Shown: positions 59,850 to 64,000 of the stretch, one piece after another
Numbering within the stretch: the stretch's first letter is position 1
Layout: each line of letters opens with the position of its first letter
IMG/VR virus record: IMGVR_UViG_3300042562_001145
Location: 5,689-69,688 of that record
DNA from: a virus
Strand: one strand, 5' to 3'
DNA: 64,000 nucleotides
The notes under the pieces: generated by a model
The model's input: the letters and a program-made list of their open reading frames with translations, nothing else
Databases searched by the model: none
What the model was told of the DNA's origin: nothing
Program-made: the position numbers and the translations under genes

Positions 59850-60095
59850 ATGGGACCGTTATTCAAAAGAGTTGTATTAAAAATATTAAAAACTACACCG
59901 CCAGATTTATTTGCGGAAGTACAAGCAGAGCCAAGACCGATATTGCATGGCTATTCACACGATTGTGACATAGCATTACACAACAATGTCGGGAAAGAGG
60001 TTATGTTTAATGGGGTAATTACTGAAGTTTTAGAAGACAATGATGACTACCAACTGGTAATTACTCATGAAACGAATTTACTTTATTTTTACTAA
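59850..60095 (+). CDS. Divergent GroES-like co-chaperonin
   Basis: MGPLFKRVVLK matches GroES PL.DRV.V; VGKEVMF matches VGD.V.F; HETNLL matches E.DIL; directly after groEL. Confidence 0.6.
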   Translation: MGPLFKRVVLKILKTTPPDLFAEVQAEPRPILHGYSHDCDIALHNNVGKEVMFNGVITEVLEDNDDYQLVITHETNLLYFY

Positions 60096-60103
60096 CGGTA
60101 ATT

Positions 60104-60312
60104 AGGGTAGCAGTAAGGTTTGTGATACCGTGGACTAAAGGCAGCACCCATAAAAATGGCTTGCCTGGCCAGCAAGACGTACTTCTTCGTAGGCTTCAAT
60201 CTGGCAGGATAATATTTGGACAGCTTCGGCAGAAACCTTATCTAGACAGCCAGAACGCACACTTGACGATTGCATCGTAAGGCAACATTGTAATGGCAAT
60301 GAGAGTCAACCA
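60104..60312 (+). ncRNA. Candidate structured noncoding RNA upstream of the tRNA-like element
   Basis: ORF-free, GC-richer segment with several stems, a UUCG tetraloop and a three-way junction (60263-60309). Confidence 0.45.
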
Positions 60313-60316
60313 TGGA

Positions 60317-60385
60317 TACTTGGTGGTGTAACGGAAACACGGGCAGTCTGTCTGCTTAATAAGGGTTCGAGTCCCTTCCAAGTAA
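60317..60385 (+). tRNA. Atypical tRNA or tRNA-like element (69 nt; nominal anticodon CTG/Gln, uncertain)
   Basis: Acceptor tacttgg/ccaagta, D arm gtgt-aacggaa-acac, T arm aaggg-ttcgagt-ccctt. Anticodon arm gggca-gtctgtc-tgctt is non-canonical. No encoded CCA. Confidence 0.65.
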
Positions 60386-60398
60386 CAAAAAACAAAAG

Positions 60399-60623
60399 AT
60401 GAAAGAGGAATTTAAACAGATGGTAAAGAAAAAAGACTATCGACTAGAGTGGTTCTATAAATATTACACTAAAAAATCTGGAATAAGAATTAACATTCAC
60501 ATGTTCCAACAATGGTTTGAGCAATTAAATCTAGACGAAGTTCTAGACCATATTGCGAAAGAGTTTGGACTTACGAGATTAATGAGCGATAAGGGGGTAA
60601 TGTTAGCAGTATATGAACCATGA
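60399..60623 (+). CDS. Hypothetical protein
   Basis: 74-aa ORF with A-rich leader. Confidence 0.6.
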   Translation: MKEEFKQMVKKKDYRLEWFYKYYTKKSGIRINIHMFQQWFEQLNLDEVLDHIAKEFGLTRLMSDKGVMLAVYEP

Positions 60624-61135
60624 TAAGAAAAGAATTACTAGTAAGTAAAGAAGATGAATTGAGATTGTCAGATAAATTAGTCCAGGATCTTTTAGAAAAA
60701 GGGTTTAATGCTGAAAATACTGTTGTAGTAACAGTTTCTACAGATTACTCTTCTGTAATAGGGCAGTATATTAGACATCAACTATCTTATAACGGTGAAA
60801 TATGTTCCGGCTTTGGTATAGATGTACCCTACCCAGATCAAGAGTTTAATTACAAAGTTAAGCAAAATATAGCTTCTATGTTTGCTATGAATTACCCAGA
60901 CTTCAAAAATAAAAAAGTTCTTTTAGTAGAGGCAGGGATAATAAGAGGTGGCAATTATACAAAAGTAGTTGACTTGTTAGAAAAAACTTTTCAACTAAAA
61001 GGCAATATAGTTACCCTAGCTATGTATGAAAATATACATAGCATTTTTAAATCAGATTTTGTTGGAGAATACTATGACAACAATACACAAGATTTGACTT
61101 TTTGGTGGGAGACTTATAATAATCATTGGCAATAA
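60620..61135 (+). CDS. Type I phosphoribosyltransferase-like protein
   Basis: KKVLLVEAGIIRGGNY variant of the PRPP-binding loop; KSDFVG.Y...L.FWWE C-terminus. Confidence 0.6.
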   Translation: MIRKELLVSKEDELRLSDKLVQDLLEKGFNAENTVVVTVSTDYSSVIGQYIRHQLSYNGEICSGFGIDVPYPDQEFNYKVKQNIASMFAMNYPDFKNKKVLLVEAGIIRGGNYTKVVDLLEKTFQLKGNIVTLAMYENIHSIFKSDFVGEYYDNNTQDLTFWWETYNNHWQ

Positions 61136-61152
61136 ACAAAAATACAAAAAAA

Positions 61153-61422
61153 ATGGCAGTAAAAGCAATTAAATTCTGGGCACCATGGTGTGGCCCATGC
61201 AGGGTATTATCAAAAGAGTTAGAAGGTGTAGACCTTACAAACATTAATATTGACGAAGACACAGAAGGGCTGTCTGTAAAATACAAAATTAGAAATATCC
61301 CAACAATCATTTTTGTAAATGACAAAGAGGAAGAAGTACTTAGAAAAACAGGGTTAATAACTAAAGCAGAGTACCAACTTACAATAGACTCTTTAAATAT
61401 TACAGAAGATGGAGGAGAATAG
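61153..61422 (+). CDS. Thioredoxin
   Basis: KFWAPWCGPC active site and IRNIPT cis-Pro motif. Confidence 0.92.
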   Translation: MAVKAIKFWAPWCGPCRVLSKELEGVDLTNINIDEDTEGLSVKYKIRNIPTIIFVNDKEEEVLRKTGLITKAEYQLTIDSLNITEDGGE

Positions 61423-61891
61423 GTATACATACCACTTTGATAACACACTTGGGGTAGCAGAGGTAAGGGAATTGATAGATACTTTGACCATGCACGACAA
61501 GATAGATTTATTTATCACAACAGAGGGAGGAGAAACAGTAAGCACAGAAGTTCTGATACATTACCTGAATAGTCGCAAAGATGATATTACTCTGTACTTT
61601 ATTGATTATGTGATGTCATCTGGAATATTTCTTTTGACAGATTTTAAAGGGAAGAAAGTAATAACAGAAAGTCTAGACTACATCCTGGCACACAAGATAG
61701 ACCGTATGGTTTACATGAACAGAGAACAGCCAATAGCGATCAGCGTATTACAAGAACAACTAGAAGTACAGAATAATGAGATAGCAAAAAAACTATCAAA
61801 AATAGGATTTAACAAACAAGAAGTAAAAGATTACAATTTAGGCAAGGACGTAATACTTCTGAGAAAAGATTTTAACAGACTAAAAATTTAA
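61409..61891 (+). CDS. ClpP-like serine protease
   Basis: IDLFITTEGGE (cf. I.L.INSPGG), VMSSG (catalytic Ser), ILAH (His), GKDV (Asp). Confidence 0.65.
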   Translation: MEENRYTYHFDNTLGVAEVRELIDTLTMHDKIDLFITTEGGETVSTEVLIHYLNSRKDDITLYFIDYVMSSGIFLLTDFKGKKVITESLDYILAHKIDRMVYMNREQPIAISVLQEQLEVQNNEIAKKLSKIGFNKQEVKDYNLGKDVILLRKDFNRLKI

Positions 61892-61909
61892 CTATAACAC
61901 AAACACAAA

Positions 61910-62152
61910 ATGAAAGTAACTTACACAGAAAACGAAAAAAGACATATCCTAGAATCTAGTACAGGTTATGTAGCGACTTACCTAAAAGCACAACTGTCAA
62001 AAGAAGAGGCCGAGCAAGCTTTCAAACTAGCTCTAAAAATGCAGGGAGGCTCTTCAGAAGTAACAGAAGAAAAAGAGTTCACAGAGTTTGCAGAAGTAGA
62101 AATTAGTGCTACCACAGAAGAAACACCAGCTCGAAAAAATGGAAAAAAGTAG
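61910..62152 (+). CDS. Hypothetical protein
   Basis: 80-aa ORF in operon. Confidence 0.55.
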   Translation: MKVTYTENEKRHILESSTGYVATYLKAQLSKEEAEQAFKLALKMQGGSSEVTEEKEFTEFAEVEISATTEETPARKNGKK

Positions 62153-62504
62153 TAGTAACATAGAGGACATTGAAGTAGCAGTAGCCTCCCAAAGCACCAA
62201 GGCAGCCCTCGAAGACTTAGGTTGGACTAAAGGAAGGATCTTTAAAAGACGTAACAGCGAAGGATACCCACAAGGTTATGGAGTTTTCACCGGCCAGTGG
62301 GGATTCTCAGAAGACTACACTTTAAAATTTACAGATGGTAAAGAGTTCTTACACGAATTTTGCACACTAGTTACAATAGCAGATCCAGAAGTAGCTTGGT
62401 TTATTAACCTAGAAGTATCTAGCATACAAGAACAACATAACCAGTTCATGGAATTGATCCACACGAGTTATAATAAAATCTACCTAAAAGCAACACAAAA
62501 ATAA
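62139..62504 (+). CDS. Hypothetical protein
   Basis: Likely start MEKSSS at 62139. Confidence 0.55.
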   Translation: MEKSSSNIEDIEVAVASQSTKAALEDLGWTKGRIFKRRNSEGYPQGYGVFTGQWGFSEDYTLKFTDGKEFLHEFCTLVTIADPEVAWFINLEVSSIQEQHNQFMELIHTSYNKIYLKATQK

Positions 62505-63193
62505 TGGAGTATATTTGGACAGGTAAGAAATACCTAAAATTAGAAAAAGCTTCACCATGGTATACTACAAGAAGAGGTAGAGATATTTGTATCAAGCACT
62601 ACTTTACAGTATTTGGCTGGTCCCTAGCACTAAGAATGGTAAAGACCGGGTATGCATTCGGGGCATTTATAAAAGCCAAGACTATGTTCGCCCATGTAAG
62701 CGAAACACTGGCTAAAAACATACTAGAGGATACCGGATCGGTCAAAGGATTTGATAAATCTTTACTAGCAAAAGGGGAATACAACACCCTGTACTGTTAC
62801 AATAAAGACGGCCACCTACTAGGCAGTATAGATGACTTGAACTGGATGTTTAAAAACAACTGTGTAGCAGATGACGTTTTGAGAGGGGTAGCATACTGCA
62901 CAGATGACAATAGTTTTGTAGGATACTCCCACCGGGCCAAACAAAAGTTCAAGATTGGGGATAAACTGTTTAATGAAAAGTATAGACCAATAGAAGAAGA
63001 TTACGAAGAGTGGGAATGGGCTGGATTCTTAGAGAAGCAGGCTAAATTACAGAAAGAAAATGAAGACTATAGCTGGAAAGATGAAGTATCAATCCAAGAC
63101 GTAATCCCCTTTACAAGTAGAGGATCAACAATAATCAAAACACAATCACAAGCTCGAAAAGCAGCACATAATTTTTCAAAATACGTATCATGA
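62504..63193 (+). CDS. Hypothetical phage protein (229 aa)
   Basis: Translationally coupled ORF; C-terminal GYSHRA...IGD.LF...IPF..RG...AA.NF..YVS. Confidence 0.6.
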   Translation: MEYIWTGKKYLKLEKASPWYTTRRGRDICIKHYFTVFGWSLALRMVKTGYAFGAFIKAKTMFAHVSETLAKNILEDTGSVKGFDKSLLAKGEYNTLYCYNKDGHLLGSIDDLNWMFKNNCVADDVLRGVAYCTDDNSFVGYSHRAKQKFKIGDKLFNEKYRPIEEDYEEWEWAGFLEKQAKLQKENEDYSWKDEVSIQDVIPFTSRGSTIIKTQSQARKAAHNFSKYVS

Positions 63194-63390
63194 CCCTAGG
63201 AGAACAAAGAGTACAAAGAAGTTTCTATTCATCAGCAAACCCGAAAGTAGAAGACTTAAAGATCAAGTATGCAGAACTAATAGATGTTCTAGAAGAAATG
63301 AAGACTGGTACAAATGCCAGAGCCATATCATTAGCCCAGACAGAACTAGAGACATCTTGTATGTACGCAGTCAAAGCATTATTTATTTAA
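63190..63390 (+). CDS. Acb2/Tad1-like helical hairpin protein (putative immune-signal sponge)
   Basis: 66 aa. TLGE.RV...F...V..LK...AELID...RAISLAQTELETSCMYAVKA resembles the R..SLA.T.LE.A.MWAVKA hallmark. Confidence 0.6.
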   Translation: MTLGEQRVQRSFYSSANPKVEDLKIKYAELIDVLEEMKTGTNARAISLAQTELETSCMYAVKALFI

Positions 63391-63413
63391 TCGGTGCCAC
63401 AAACCAAACCTAG

Positions 63414-63441
63414 AAGCCTCCCCTAAAAAGGAGGTTTTTTT
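63414..63441 (+). terminator. Intrinsic terminator ending the plus-strand operon
   Basis: gcctcc (63416-63421)/ggaggt (63430-63435) followed by T7. Confidence 0.85.
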
Positions 63442-63483
63442 GTACCCCCCAGGTAAGTGTTAAGGAAATGTTAATGCCTTATA

Positions 63484-63546
63484 ATTTTGACTATATATAA
63501 AATTTTGACTATTTAGGATTTTGACTATATTTAGAATTTTGACTAT
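63484..63546. repeat. Four direct repeats of ATTTTGACTAT (iteron-like)
   Basis: Copies at 63484, 63502, 63518 and 63536 (periods 18, 16, 18). Confidence 0.9.
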
Positions 63547-63869
63547 ATGTGGGGGATACCCTACCCACCTAACAAAAAAGGCGACCCAAAATTTTGAGTT
63601 TTTGGTGTACCCCCCCGTCTATATAGTGCCCTCTCCAGTCCTGACAGAGTGACCCTCGAAACGTTTCACCCTTTTAAGTTATATTTATGCAGTCCTCTTC
63701 TTCTTTGGATGTTGTGGCAGTAAGCAGGACAGAGAGAGGACTAAAGTAGTAAGCCGAGTTCCTGCTCTCTTCTTCTTACTTCTTCCTGCTTATACTATGT
63801 AGCTATATAATTGTATCAATACGACCATAAAAAAACTTTCATTATACAGTAAAAATAATTACCTAAACG

Positions 63870-63900
63870 CTTGTTATATCAATATAAAAGTGTATATTTG
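63870..63900 (+). promoter_or_regulatory. Bacteroidota-type promoter for genes beyond the window
   Basis: CTTG 63870-63873, N19, TATATTTG 63893-63900. Confidence 0.6.
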
Positions 63901-64000
63901 TAAAGGGTTAGAGAAAAAGGCACTCTTTTTTACCTAACTGCTTGATTATCAGTTCTTTGACATATCGGCTCTTAAAAATACGGTGAACAATCCTACCGAT

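Noticed and set aside
60104-60312. RNase P RNA, tmRNA, hammerhead or theta (HDV-like) ribozyme identity
   Set aside because: No GAGGAAAGUCC/P4 helix, no CUGAUGA/GAAA core and no tmRNA ends. Theta ribozymes lie 3' of tRNAs, whereas this element is 5'.
53806-62787. Minus-strand ORFs in the replication/chaperone arm
   Set aside because: Antisense shadows of recA, phoH, ssb, groEL, thioredoxin and others
63484-63546. CRISPR mini-array
   Set aside because: Repeats are 11 nt with 5-7 nt spacers, far too short, and there are no cas genes
1-64000. Stop-codon reassignment (TAG or TGA), known in some crAss-like phages
   Set aside because: Genes are full length in code 11, TAG stops are directly followed by the next gene (e.g. 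groEL at 59848), and no suppressor tRNA is seen

Overview
The window is a 64-kb piece of a large, AT-rich dsDNA phage genome with crAss-like (Crassvirales-related) podovirus organisation. The host is most likely a Bacteroidota (Flavobacteriia-type) bacterium, inferred from TTTG-N19/20-TAnnTTTG promoters and A-rich leaders. Positions 1-51807 form a minus-strand late/structural arm. In reading order it holds small DNA-binding genes, terminase, portal, scaffold-like protein, major capsid, ring proteins, the holin/M15 endolysin/spanin lysis cassette, tail fibres and adhesins, a muzzle/stabilization protein split over two ORFs, and large probable ejected proteins. From about 51880 a plus-strand arm holds a candidate structured ncRNA, SF2 helicase, RecA, GIY-YIG-like protein, PhoH, SSB-like protein, GroEL and GroES-like protein. 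It continues with a second candidate structured RNA plus an atypical tRNA-like element, PRTase-like, thioredoxin, ClpP-like and Acb2/Tad1-like genes, and ends in a repeat-rich noncoding segment. The most notable unexplained signals are a recurring [hydrophobic]-x-x-GG motif in the ejected proteins, the two structured RNA candidates, a possible 3'-UTR antisense sRNA, and the split muzzle gene. All family assignments come from motif recognition by eye; no database searches or folding programs were run.
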